A DNA stretch of 62,556 nucleotides, filler included, from Pirum gemmata (Eukaryota): NCBI GenBank assembly GCA_002812295.1. It is 15 parts of 15 records of this genome, joined end to end, with 100 filler letters (N's around TTAATTAATTAA, not from the genome) between each part and the next. Parts side by side here need not be neighbours in the genome. Positions count along the whole stretch, not along the records: positions 10,448 to 14,797 come from PDIN01001902.1; positions 14,898 to 18,720 come from PDIN01001903.1; positions 18,821 to 22,600 come from PDIN01001904.1; positions 22,701 to 26,521 come from PDIN01001905.1; 11 more parts are not named here. One strand, given 5' to 3'. The translations under genes and the position numbers were made by a program. The notes beneath the pieces are model-generated. The model was given only the letters and a program-made list of their open reading frames with translations. It was not told the DNA's origin and made no database searches. Positions 13,292 to 24,662 of this stretch are shown piece by piece (the stretch's first letter is position 1; every line of letters begins with the position of its first letter).

Positions 13292-14738
13292 CTTGATGTT
13301 GCATGACCAGCATGGCAATATCCACAAAATGTTTTTTTGCATGATTCACATTGTAATGCCATACATCCTGTAAAGTCAAAATACGCTGTTTTGCAATGCG
13401 GGCAGCTTAAATTTAACGCCTCGTTTCTAAGTTTGTTCGCTTCCATTTTTGCCTGTGTTCTAACCTTTGCTCCATCATTTTCGTAGTCGACCTTAAAATT
13501 TTCAATTTCCCTTCGAAGTTTTTCTTCAAACTGTTTCTCCAGTGTATTGTATTTTTCAGCAACCTTAACGTCAAAAATACTTTTCAAGAGCTTTTCGTAT
13601 ATTTTACTAGGGCAATTAGAAGCTATTTGTTGCATATCGATAAAATTCGGTGTGGGACACATTGCACAAACCAACCTTCCGTCTTGTGATTTTAGTGTTG
13701 ATATTTGAGAGTCAATCATGTTCTCAAAACAACCATTATCAATACAAGTAAAATGGTTATTTTCACATTGTATGCCTTGGCTAGCACTGACTTTATCACA
13801 ACAGCATATACATTCCACTTTTTCTTCGATGAAAAAGAAATTAACCTCATCAATAACCTTCTTAGTTTGTCCAGTCAACGACCCCGATTTTTCATCTGGA
13901 AACTCAGTTATGAAAATGGTTTTTGTAGTTTCATCAAAATCAAAAATAACGTTTTTATATTTATTTTCTTCTGACATTTTTATCTTTTTCATTACAGAGC
14001 TGAACTGCTTATCATTGCAATTCATGCATGAGATTTTCTCTTCTTTGACTATATCCGAGGGAATCGGATCCAATAAACCTATCATGTTTACCATTGCGTC
14101 CACTCGTTGGGAATCTGACGGACCTTTAACACATAAAACATAATGACCCAGTTTTGTTTTTTTAATGTCTATATTGCACAAAGTTAGCAAAGCTTTCTTT
14201 TGTAAGCGTTTGAAATATTTTTCAGATCGCTGAATGGAAATGAATTGTTTATAATCAATTTCATGTTCTACAACTAATACATTTTCTTTTTCGGTAGTAC
14301 AGTCATAAAACGTGTCACCGGCATAAACGTATTGTCCATCAATAGCTATTCTAGTGTTTGCCTTACTTGAAGCTTTTGTTTTACTTTCTTGATAATGTGT
14401 GAGGCAACTAGTATTAGTATTAGACGTAAGAACAAAATTAGATAAATCCAGGGATAGCTTTTGGGTCATAAACATATCAGAGACAAAATTGTCATACTTT
14501 TCTTCTGCTGTTACTTTATCTCGAAGTTCTGCCGTTGAATGTGCATAAGCACAATTAGAATCCATACGACATGCTCCTTTGAGTTTCCGTTGGCATAAGC
14601 TTACTCGAAAATTATTAGGATGGTACATTCTTTCCACATTATTTAATACTTCATTAGGGAAATAATGATTCGAGTAAGGGTTACGACGCATATCTGTTTC
14701 ATTGTGCCAGTCAAAGCAAATTGAAGAATTGTAGCAAT
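13292..14738 (-). CDS. Large exon of a protein with Unkempt-like CCCH zinc fingers and an RBR-like RING plus IBR/RING2 module (putative RNA-binding E3 ligase); 5' end missing
   Basis: CFDWHNETDMRRNP...YHPNNFRVSLC...C...CAYAHSTAELR (Unkempt-type fingers); CICC...CENNHFTC...C...CAMC (RING); CPHC...FDFTGCMALQCESCKKTFCGYC (IBR/RING2). Flanked by a TTTAG acceptor and a GTTAAT donor. Confidence 0.85.
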
Positions 14739-15361
14739 CTAAAGAAGAATGTAGAAGTTTGTATTATGCTTTGCAGAAATCAATAATAATAATAATANNN
14801 NNNNNNNNNNNNNNNNNNNNNNNNNNNNNNNNNNNNNNNNNTTAATTAATTAANNNNNNNNNNNNNNNNNNNNNNNNNNNNNNNNNNNNNNNNNNNNTGA
14901 TTGACAACTCTCTAGCACATTTTTCCCATAAATTACGTAAATTATTACACTTAAAAAAATGTTGACATTTTTCTTCTTTTTCTCCTCTTTCGAAAAATTT
15001 TCCACAACTACATGGAACAAAAACCAGGATTCCATTATTCTATTTTCATTTGCAGTATTTACACTTAATTTTTTGTAAGTTAATTTAATATTTTAAATCA
15101 GAAGAATTCATTGATTTGTTGACAAATTAGTGAAAAATTCCTTTGTTTCCAACTCTTTAATTAATTCTGTTTCAATGTTTTTCTTTCTGAATCTTAAATG
15201 ATAAAGTGTAGATGTTGTAATCCATTAAAACGAGATCGCATTAATCAATCGAGAAGCTTTGTCTAATTTTGTTGGAAATAAACATATTGCTAAAATCTGT
15301 TACTCTTTGGAATACTTTTATTGAAATCTCTATGCCTTATAAAATTTACACTTGTTTTATC

Positions 15362-15410
<49 letters not shown>

Positions 15411-15859
15411 TATCATTCACATCAGTTTAATGGACAATATAAAATGATGAAAGCTTGCATGAAAGTTTTGAAATTTCTCTCTCTTATCTTTCATCTGCAT
15501 TATCGTAATCTTTTTCATTTTCTTTAAATTGTTTTCTAAAAGTATTATATGCCATTTCGGTATAATTTTCTAATTGGTTTAAATCATTAATAGAATAGGA
15601 AATAATAACATCATTTTTTATTAAATTTGAAATAAATTTAAACAAATTCTGTATAAAACGATGCTGATTTTGGAAATGCTGATAAAACTCCTGAAAAAAA
15701 CAATAGAAAATTTAGTGTTTTCAATAACACTTTTCGCTAGTTTCGGAGCATCAGATTGTGTAAACCAATTACACAAACACAAATGTAGAATAATAATAGT
15801 TAAAATGATAAATAATAATGATAACAACAGTAGATTTAAGTAATCACAATAAATAATAA

Positions 15860-16090
15860 AAATAAATAACAATTTAAAATTACTCTTTGTCCGTAAGTTT
15901 TGGTTTATACTATATATATAAAGAGCATGGACTTTCAAAATATGACCATACATCATCTATTTCGCAATAATAATAAATAGCAATTTTAAATTAATTTTTA
16001 TCCGTACGTTTTGGTTTATAATATGTACATACAAACATAATAAAGAACAAGGATTTTCAAAATATGATAAATCATTTATTTCACAATGGT
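15860..16090. repeat. Degenerate tandem duplication, ~110-bp unit
   Basis: Two copies of TCCGTA(A/C)GTTTTGGTTTATA...TTTCAAAATATGA. Confidence 0.75.
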
Positions 16091-16392
16091 AAAAGCTAAC
16101 CATCTTGTGCAATTTTTCTATTTCAAAATTTATTAAGTAATTTCCTTTTTAAGTTTCTGTACCTTTTATCAATAAACAGTAACGATAATAAAAATAACAG
16201 TAATAATAATGTTAAAAATGATAAATAAATGAATATATATTAACAAAATATGAATAAGAATAATAAATATACAACAAATAATAGTAATTTCTCATATACA
16301 TATACATATATATACATATATTTAAGTACCCAAACGATGTTTAAATGTTATATTTTAATTATGTTTATGAATTGTTTCAGAAGTTAAATTAT

Positions 16393-16524
16393 ATTTTTGT
16401 AATTTTACGATTCCTTTCTCTACGTCTTTAATTTCTATAATTATTATTTCAATATAAATATATATTGAAATAATGATTATAGAAATGAAAAACGTAGAGA
16501 AAGGAATTGTAAAATTACAAAAAT
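16393..16524. repeat. Long near-perfect palindrome (64-bp arms, 4-nt loop)
   Basis: 16393-16456 is the reverse complement of 16461-16524 with 4 mismatches. Confidence 0.9.
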
Positions 16525-16784
16525 TGCAAGAACAACAATAAAAAAAAATCCAAAATCTATCACAAAAACTAAAATACATCAACAATTACACTTTAACACC
16601 AGAAACTCCAACACAAAAGTACAAAATAATGACAACACTAGAAAATATATACCAATACAAACAACAAAATATAATAAACAACTTAAACACAACAGCAAAC
16701 TTGTGTATCTTTTATAATATACCAAAATTCTTTTTCAAAACTAATAGGTATCAATAAAAATACAACAACAACAACAACAACAAC

Positions 16785-16818
<34 letters not shown>

Positions 16819-17067
16819 CTAACTAGTAAAACTATGACAAAACAACAACAACAAAAAAACAAAAAACAAAACAAAAAACAAAACAAAAAAAAAAAGTACA
16901 TATTATAAAAAGAATAATAATAATAATATATATTATAAGTAAAAATAACAAAACAAAATCACATTAATATTTTTTTTTTTAAAAAAAAAAAAAATTAGGG
17001 TTAGGGTTAGGGTAAGGGTAAGGGTAAGGGTAAGGGTTGGGGTTGAAAGGTGAAGAAAAACAAAATC

Positions 17068-17974
17068 ACGTGGCGGTGTAATTAGTGAAGAACAATATAA
17101 TCAAAAAAGTAATGTTCATCGTGTGATTGCTATGGATACCGTGTGTTCGCACATTCCAAACTTTATATCATAATGATGGAGTAGTGCACGTGTGTTATTG
17201 GGGTGATGGAGATATGACACGAATATTGGAAATGTCAAAACATTATTAAATCAAAATCAGTATATTGAAGGTTATAATCAACGCCAAAGGTAACAAGGAA
17301 CTGGAAACAGGTTAATTAACGGAAAAGCAGACTTATTTACCAAATAATATTGAAAACACAATTGAAATTTCAATGACTAGACTGGGTCATTACTATTACC
17401 ACTTACCACAAGAACCACGTGGTGGTGTAATTGGTGAAGAACAATATAATCAAAGAAGCAATGTTCTTTATGATAGTGATGGTGTAGTTTATCATTGGGG
17501 TGATGGAGACAATACAAAATTGACCAAATTCAACCCAAGAAAGGAAAGAAATATAAACGTCAAAGAAAGAATATGAAGCGTGCTTGGTATAAAAACAAAT
17601 TGATAGAGTGAGGAACAAGATTGATGATGTACATCGTAAGTTAGCATGTTGGTTAGTCAATAATTACAAAGTCATTTTAAAATACCTAAATTTGATATTA
17701 AAATACTGGTAGGATGATAAGAAAAGGCTGTTCGTAAATTACATAACAAAACTGTGAGTGGGATGTGCTCATGGACTCAATATCAATTTCGAAAATGTTG
17801 ATTGCTAAAAGCTCAAATAATACAAGGTTGAAAAGTCATATAGTTTGTGATGAAGCTTACACTAGTCGTACTTGTGGCATGTGTGGCTTTATATTATATC
17901 CAAAGTTTAAATGCAAGAGTCTTACTTGTAATTATCAAGTTGATCGTGATGTTAATGGTTATTATATCATATAG
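17068..17974 (+). pseudogene. tnpB: Decayed Fanzor (Fanzor2 / IS607-TnpB-like) RNA-guided nuclease with an internal duplication
   Basis: Reading across frameshifts: RVIAMD-x-VRTFQTLY (RuvC-I, 17120-17170); TRLGHYYY; RVRNKIDDVHRKLACWLVNNYKVI..IPKF; WTQYQFRKMLIAK; DEAYTSRTCGMCG...FKCKSLTCNYQVDRDVNG (zinc ribbon plus RuvC-III). Confidence 0.88.
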
Positions 17975-18289
17975 TGGCTCTCTGGGGAGTTACTGGGGGA
18001 AGTAGGTTTTGGAACTTTTTGGAGTTGGCTGGTTTTGGGGTTTGGCTCAAAAGTTCGATCGCAAATTCGAATCATGACCTGATTATAAATATATATGATA
18101 TTTATATATAAACTTAAGGTTCAATATAATCAAGGACTTCATTTTTTTGAAGTTTTTGATATAATTTATAAAATATTAATAATATTTTACTGAAGTATAA
18201 TATAATTTAGAATATAATATTTATTCCTAATTTTTAAAACAGAACAGATACTTTCTAAAGAGAAGAGACAGAAAAGGGGAGTTAATTTT

Positions 18290-18520
18290 TTAAAAGTTCT
18301 AATAAAGACGTTATCAATTGATTTATATAGTGCTTTTTCAGTTATTTTGTCATTATAAAAAGTATACAATAAATAGTACCAAATTAATGTAATTTAAATT
18401 CATTTAATCTAATTTGGTATGTTTTGTTATTTGTATATTGATTTAAAATTGTCAATTTAAAGATTACAACCCTCCAAATAAATATTTGGAGTGATAAAAT
18501 AAATGAAAGGCACGATAATA
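18290..18520. repeat. Dispersed repeat family D
   Basis: Shares TACCAAATTAAT...AACCCTCCAAATAAATATT with 54985-55125 (same strand) and 55600-55790 (opposite strand). Confidence 0.7.
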
Positions 18521-19773
18521 ATTATAACTTTTTAGCAGTAGACCTGCAAGGGCTGGGGCTGATTCTGTTGGAAAGTTTGAAAAAAAATTAACCTTCCAAA
18601 TGCAAATATGCTATTATCAGATGATAATCTATACATAGTAAAAACTTTACTTCTGGTATGACAAAAAAAAAAAAAGCTATCACTAAAGTATCACTAAGCT
18701 ATCATAGAGTTTATCATAGGNNNNNNNNNNNNNNNNNNNNNNNNNNNNNNNNNNNNNNNNNNNNTTAATTAATTAANNNNNNNNNNNNNNNNNNNNNNNN
18801 NNNNNNNNNNNNNNNNNNNNTTTTAAAGTTAATAATGTATTTGTAAAACAATTATTAAAATTTATATATATAATAGAAATTTTATTGAAAAATTGTTTTT
18901 TTGTCTTTTAAAAAATTATCATAAGTATATATTAAAAAATTATTACCATCTTCTAAAATTTGCATGGCTTTTAAAACCTTGGTATAATGTAAACAATCAT
19001 GAAGCCTAAATGTGTAGGTGGTATTCCAAAAGTCGGGTTTTCATTACCTTGAAATTTAAAAGTCAGTTCAAAAATCATTCGGTGTTTATAAATATTATGA
19101 TTTAATTATTGCGAAATTAAATACAAAAATTCTATGTGGTACTAACTGTCCACATAATAGACTAGCTTTACAAACACAAAGGATATTTACAATATATATT
19201 AGCCAGTTTATTCCTAAAAGAGGTTACAGATCAACAAGAAGCGTAGATACGAAAATTGATATTCTTCGGTTTTTTTTTTTAAAAAGTACTTCCTACTCCA
19301 GAATAGTATGAAACTCTATCACTACTCTATCACTACTCTATCATATTTATGATTTTTTTTTGAAAAATCAGTTTTGTTTTCTTTTGTTTTGTTTTTCTTT
19401 CAGAAAAAAGCAAGGAGTTCAAGAAAAAAAAAAAAAAATCCTTGAAAAAAATAAAAAAAAAAGACAATAGAGTCGTTGAATAGAGGTCATTCAAGGCCTA
19501 ATAAATAAATAGATCATCTATTATAAAATATTATACCATACAAGCAGGGGGACTGTTCTCTAACTTCTCTTATATAAAAAGGGATAAAAAGATGGTTCGG
19601 ATTCATAAAATTAATAATAAATTGAGCTTCTCTTATAATCCCTTATTATTGACCAATACATGCGCTGCTCGATCTCTACTACTGTTCACAAAAAAGGAAG
19701 TTCGAGCAAGCCGCTTACTGACGTCATCATGGGCCTCTGGTCATTTTTTTTTTTTAAAAAATACTTGAAAAAG

Positions 19774-19811
<38 letters not shown>

Positions 19812-20998
19812 AGAACCAATAGTGATAGCTCAGCTTCTCAACTTAGAGATGAGAACGAGGAGTATTTTACTGTCTTTAGTGTGTGACTGTGTGTCACTGT
19901 GTGTGGCCTCTAGCTATCATACAGTTCATACTACTACCCCAAGTTCCAATAATAGGAACTTTTTTTTTTTCTATCATATGTATGAAAAAAAAAATCAAGT
20001 GTTTTATCATAAAATACAATTTATACAAAATATTAGAAAATAGTCGGAAAAAATTAAAAAAAACTACTGAAAAACTAACTATTAAATCGATGATAATATG
20101 TTTAAATAATTTTTATATGATGATCGAAAAATTATTATAGTAATAGCTATAATAATACATAAACGTATACGTATATACTATATTATGTCAGATATTGCAA
20201 TAATTAGTATTTTAATTAAAAAGAAGAGTTACAGTAGAACAAAATATTAATATTGCTATAGTTTGATATCATATTAAGTTATTAAAGTCATTATTATTAT
20301 ATATTAACTTTATATTATTATTATTATGTATGATCAGCTGTATATGATAGTCTATCTATAGAAAAAGGATATCGGAAACGAAAATTTGAAATCCTTGAAA
20401 TAGAAATTTTGAATCAATCAACCAATGCATGTAATATAATTAATAACGTGTTGCTGTTTTTCATGTTCGTATTGTGATTTTCATGTGTATAAACACAAAA
20501 TTAAAATATTCCAAGTAATTATAAAAGACTTTTAAAGCTAATTTGTATTTTTCGAAGGCGTTATTTAATTAGTGCACTTATTGTATTTGTGATTGAGTGT
20601 TTTATGTAATAATTATAATAATAATCATTAAAAAATAATACTATCAATATCATGAGTCATGATAGAAAAAAAAACAATTTTACTATTATTTATTACGTTC
20701 AGCTAATTATGATGGTTCATACGTTTACATCAAGCGGTCTGTTTTGGTTTTGGGTATTAATAGTGTATTAATCCTCATATATCTGTTTTTGGATGAACCC
20801 GCTTCGTGTCTAGCGGTCTGACCAGAGCGGCTGGATGAATCAAACATTAATATTGATAGAATTTTGATAGAATTCCAAAAAAATATTATTATATCATAGC
20901 AAAAACTGAATTTTTTTTAATAATTTTAAAATTTCAATAATTATAACTATTGTTAAAATTAAAAAAAAAATAGGTATAGTATGTTTTTTTTAAACTAC

Positions 20999-21230
20999 TA
21001 AGCCGGATAAAAATGGCGACTTCTGCCACATTATGAACTCAAAAATCCAAAAAATCTCAAAATAATCCAATTTTACTAAAAGTACTATCAAAATTTGAGA
21101 AATGGTCTAACTAAGAAAACTCTATTATGAACAAAATTTTAAGTTAATGGCCAGTTTTTAATAATAATTTGGCTAGTTATAATTGAAAGTTTTTAGAAAG
21201 TCTAAAAAAAAATGGTTTCTACATTTTGGC
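20999..21230 (+). mobile_element. MITE family B copy, right end lost
   Basis: Starts TAAGCCGGATAAAAA; collinear with 37764-38008 (AAAAGTACTA.CAAAATTTGAGAAAT...AACTAAGAAAACTCTA). Confidence 0.75.
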
Positions 21231-21252
21231 AAAAAAAAAAAAAAAAAATTTA

Positions 21253-21315
<63 letters not shown>

Positions 21316-21765
21316 CATATCCAAATATGTAATATAAAACTGTCTGGTATAGTCTGGTAAGACTGGTATAGACAGACCAGGGTCTATGCGTTATTTAGAA
21401 ATTCGACTGGGTGCTCCATCACCCGAACTCAAATATCATATCAGATATCGATTCTATTATTGATGTAAAATAATATGAATAATTATATATTAAAAATATA
21501 ATAGAAGAACTTCTTGTTCCCCGTGTGGCCGTGTCTTCTGTTAATCAATTTTCAATTTTGGTTGTGCTGCCACCCGGTAATACTAATTAGTTAGCTCATT
21601 AATTAAATTGGTTTTATTTTTTTTTGTGATATTAAAATAATGATATTCATTTATGATGTGTGAAAACAGTGTGAAAACCACATAAAAAAAAGTATTAAAA
21701 AATATTAACTAAATGATAAATAAATAGAATTGGGTGTATTTTATTAAACTATTGGGAGTACTCTC

Positions 21766-21952
21766 CACTTATCATAATTATGAGCTCATACTTATTAAAC
21801 TAGTGGAAGTATTCTCACTTACTACTAAGCACTATTTCAATTATTGACTTTATATTAATGAATATTCATGATTATTTATTGTATAAAGACACGAACTTAA
21901 CCTATAGCTCTTTATTATTATGATAAGTATGAGCTCATAATTATGATAAGTG
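21766..21952. mobile_element. 187-bp MITE-like element with 32-bp inverted repeats
   Basis: CACTTATCATAATTATGAGCTCATACTTATTA (21766-21797) matches the reverse complement of 21921-21952 with one mismatch. Confidence 0.65.
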
Positions 21953-22700
21953 TCAAAAAGTTCAATATAGTAATAGTGTGTTATAGCCTGAGTGTTATGA
22001 TAATACTAGATCTCTAAAATTGTATTTGTAAAAAATTCCATGTGTCGTACTTTTTTTTTTAAAATTAAAAATATATCATAACAAGGACTTTGAAGTCCTT
22101 GATCATAATTAAATTTAATAATACATTATATTATATATTATAATATATATGGTTAGTCTGCATGTACCCCTACCACAGTGCCGGTTGATAGGGTGTGGTG
22201 GGTAGGATTCCCCGTAGGAAGCAGTAGTAGGAAGGCTCATGGTTTTTTTAAAAAACCTTTTCTAATAAAGCGATAGACCCCGGTCTAACTAAAGACTACC
22301 AGGTATGATATATACTATCGATATGGATACTAGAGCTAGCGTTACCCTGTTTAACACTGTTAATAATCCATAGTACTACCGCACTGCCTTAGTTCAGAAT
22401 GATAAAGAGTGCTATTATTAGAATGTACTAGATCATTAGAGTCCATCATTAATATTATTACTTTATCTATTAGAGTAGAGTTATTTACGATTTTAATTAA
22501 AACAGAATAAATAGTATTATAGTAGTATGTATTATATTTTTTAAAAAAATATTTATTTTAATTGAAAACGTTATCATAATTGTTATTATTACTATTATTA
22601 NNNNNNNNNNNNNNNNNNNNNNNNNNNNNNNNNNNNNNNNNNNNTTAATTAATTAANNNNNNNNNNNNNNNNNNNNNNNNNNNNNNNNNNNNNNNNNNNN

Positions 22701-22793
22701 TTTCCTGAAAATAATTTGCCTTTTGTTGACAAATATAAGTATTTGGGATTAGGGATTAATCACTACTGGAAATGGAATAGGAAATTTGTTTAG
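22701..22793 (+). pseudogene. Possible short fragment of a non-LTR reverse transcriptase at the scaffold edge
   Basis: Translates FPENNLPFVDKYKYLGLGINHYWKWNRKFV*; VDxYKYLG is a typical LINE RT C-terminal motif. Only 30 codons. Confidence 0.4.
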
Positions 22794-22817
22794 ATCATAT
22801 TGATCAAATAGATATTT

Positions 22818-23234
22818 CTAAGTTCCAATGGCATACCAAGTAACAGTATTACTAACATCGAATTTTGCACTTCCCCAAGTTTCTATGGTTATGTAAAACG
22901 ATGTTTTAGAAACGTGAGTTATTAATATCCGGAACCGAACTTTATTATAATTACCAAGATCTAAATAAAGTGTAGAAAATCCTGCAAGTACGTGTGGTGG
23001 GGAAGTATATGCTTTGGGAAATACAACTTCTTGAAATGCTTTAATTATTTTCCCATTAAACCGTTTTTCTCCTTTTTGTACAAGAAAATTCGGTGCTTCA
23101 ATTATGGATTTTAACGGCGGAGGATTTGGAATAGATCCTTTGTTTGCATCATCAAGTTCTTTTTTGCTTCGTAAATAGAAAACTATAAAAAGTATTACAG
23201 AAACAACAATTAATGTGGCGATTACCCAAACCAT
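22818..23234 (-). CDS. Membrane-anchored H-type-lectin-like protein (138 aa)
   Basis: N-terminal TM helix, Pro-rich stalk, then VVFPKAYTSPPHVLAGFSTLYLD...RFRILITHVSKTSFYITIETWG...VTWYAIG, matching the H-type lectin pattern. Confidence 0.85.
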   Translation of the reverse strand: MVWVIATLIVVSVILFIVFYLRSKKELDDANKGSIPNPPPLKSIIEAPNFLVQKGEKRFNGKIIKAFQEVVFPKAYTSPPHVLAGFSTLYLDLGNYNKVRFRILITHVSKTSFYITIETWGSAKFDVSNTVTWYAIGT

Positions 23235-23368
23235 TTATTCCAATATAAAAAAGAATTTTTTTTAGCTTAAAAAACTTAAAAAACTTAAAAAAAAATAAAA
23301 AAATAAAAAAAAATAAAAAAAAAATATTTTAAATTTTAAAAAAAAAACTTAAAAAAATATAAAAAAAA

Positions 23369-24208
23369 ATGTATGTATGGAAACACAATCCTCGCAATCC
23401 TCAGATTCAAAACGTGAAGGATCAAATTGTTGATAAAGTAAACGATATTGTGACTAATAATAACTATTTGGAGATAATTAACTATTATCATCGAGATAAA
23501 GAACTAAATTTTAATGAATCGTTACACTTGTATACTGTCAATGGTGAAAAGTATGTATCAGTCACTACATTTATTGGGTTTTTTTTTCCAGTATTTGATC
23601 CTGATTATGTGATTGATGTTTATAATTTAACAAATAGTAATAAATATCAAGGTATGACCAAAAATGATATCAAGCAGAAATGGGAAGAAATGGGAAAAGA
23701 AGCTTCTGAATTGGGAAGTAAATTACACGCTATAATTGAATTTTTTTATAATAATAGTCGTAAAGTGCCCGTTACTATTGATATTAAGAAAGAGTATCAT
23801 TATTTCTTAAATTATTACAAGTCTAAAGTCGGTATGAATTGGCAACCGTATCGTACAGAATGGCGAATTTTTGATGAAGACTTAAAAATTGCAGGTACAA
23901 TTGACATGATGTTTAAATGCGATGACGAGTATATTATGGTCGATTGGAAACGGACTAAATCAATAAAATTACCACAAAAATGTTTTAAATCAATTCCGGA
24001 ACTGAATTTAAAAGATTGTAATTTTCATAAGTATTCATTACAATTAAACATGTATAAATATATTTTAAAATCGAAATATAACGTAAACGTCTCTAAAATG
24101 TATTTAGCAGTATTTCATTCAAATAACACAACATTCTTGGAATACGAAGTTGATGATTTACAAGATAAAATCGAAACTATGATAAAATTAAAATATTATC
24201 AAGAATAA
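23369..24208 (+). CDS. PD-(D/E)XK superfamily (Cas4/RecB-like) nuclease of large-DNA-virus/phage type (279 aa)
   Basis: Intronless. Motifs SVTT, ASELGSKLH, RTEWRIFDEDLKIAGTID, MVDWKR and YSLQLNMYKYIL give the E...D...DWK catalytic set plus QLxxY. Confidence 0.9.
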   Translation: MYVWKHNPRNPQIQNVKDQIVDKVNDIVTNNNYLEIINYYHRDKELNFNESLHLYTVNGEKYVSVTTFIGFFFPVFDPDYVIDVYNLTNSNKYQGMTKNDIKQKWEEMGKEASELGSKLHAIIEFFYNNSRKVPVTIDIKKEYHYFLNYYKSKVGMNWQPYRTEWRIFDEDLKIAGTIDMMFKCDDEYIMVDWKRTKSIKLPQKCFKSIPELNLKDCNFHKYSLQLNMYKYILKSKYNVNVSKMYLAVFHSNNTTFLEYEVDDLQDKIETMIKLKYYQE

Positions 24209-24299
24209 ATACAACCAATACAACCAACATTCTTGGAATACATACGAAGATAAAAATCGAAACAATAAATTCAAGAAACTAAAATATATTTTTAAATAA

Positions 24300-24593
24300 A
24301 TGTCTGCTACACAGTTTATAGACTCTAAAACTATTGTTGGATCTTACAATCATCCAGGAAATCCCGCGCCTTTGGGTGTAACAAGACGAATAAATTTTTC
24401 AAAACCATTTACAAAACCACCAATCGTTATGCTTTCATTAACCAAATTAGATCAAAAAGTACCAGGACAGTTAATTCATAGTTACAGAACCGCTAGTACA
24501 ACAACAACGAATTGTGTTATAGAAATTAAAATAAATAGCAGAAAACCAATTTTCTTAACATATGAAATTCATTGTTTGGCCATTGGAGAATAA
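24300..24593 (+). CDS. Small soluble H-type-lectin-like protein (97 aa)
   Basis: RRINFSKPFTKPPIVMLSLTKLD...IHCLAIGE parallels the 22818 protein (F-x-x-x-F/Y-x-x-PP-x-V ... AIG). Confidence 0.75.
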   Translation: MSATQFIDSKTIVGSYNHPGNPAPLGVTRRINFSKPFTKPPIVMLSLTKLDQKVPGQLIHSYRTASTTTTNCVIEIKINSRKPIFLTYEIHCLAIGE

Positions 24594-24612
24594 ATATTAA
24601 TTAATAAATAAT

Positions 24613-24661
<49 letters not shown>

Positions 24662-24662
<1 letters not shown>

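Noticed and set aside
14898..15845. Coding-like remnants upstream of the Fanzor fragment as its partner transposase or resolvase
   Set aside because: Broken frames with no serine-recombinase, HUH or DDE motif recognisable.
22150..22250. GC-rich island ending in a T-run, vaguely like SRP RNA or a tRNA-derived SINE
   Set aside because: No convincing cloverleaf, A/B boxes or SRP helix 8 could be built by eye; needs an Rfam scan.
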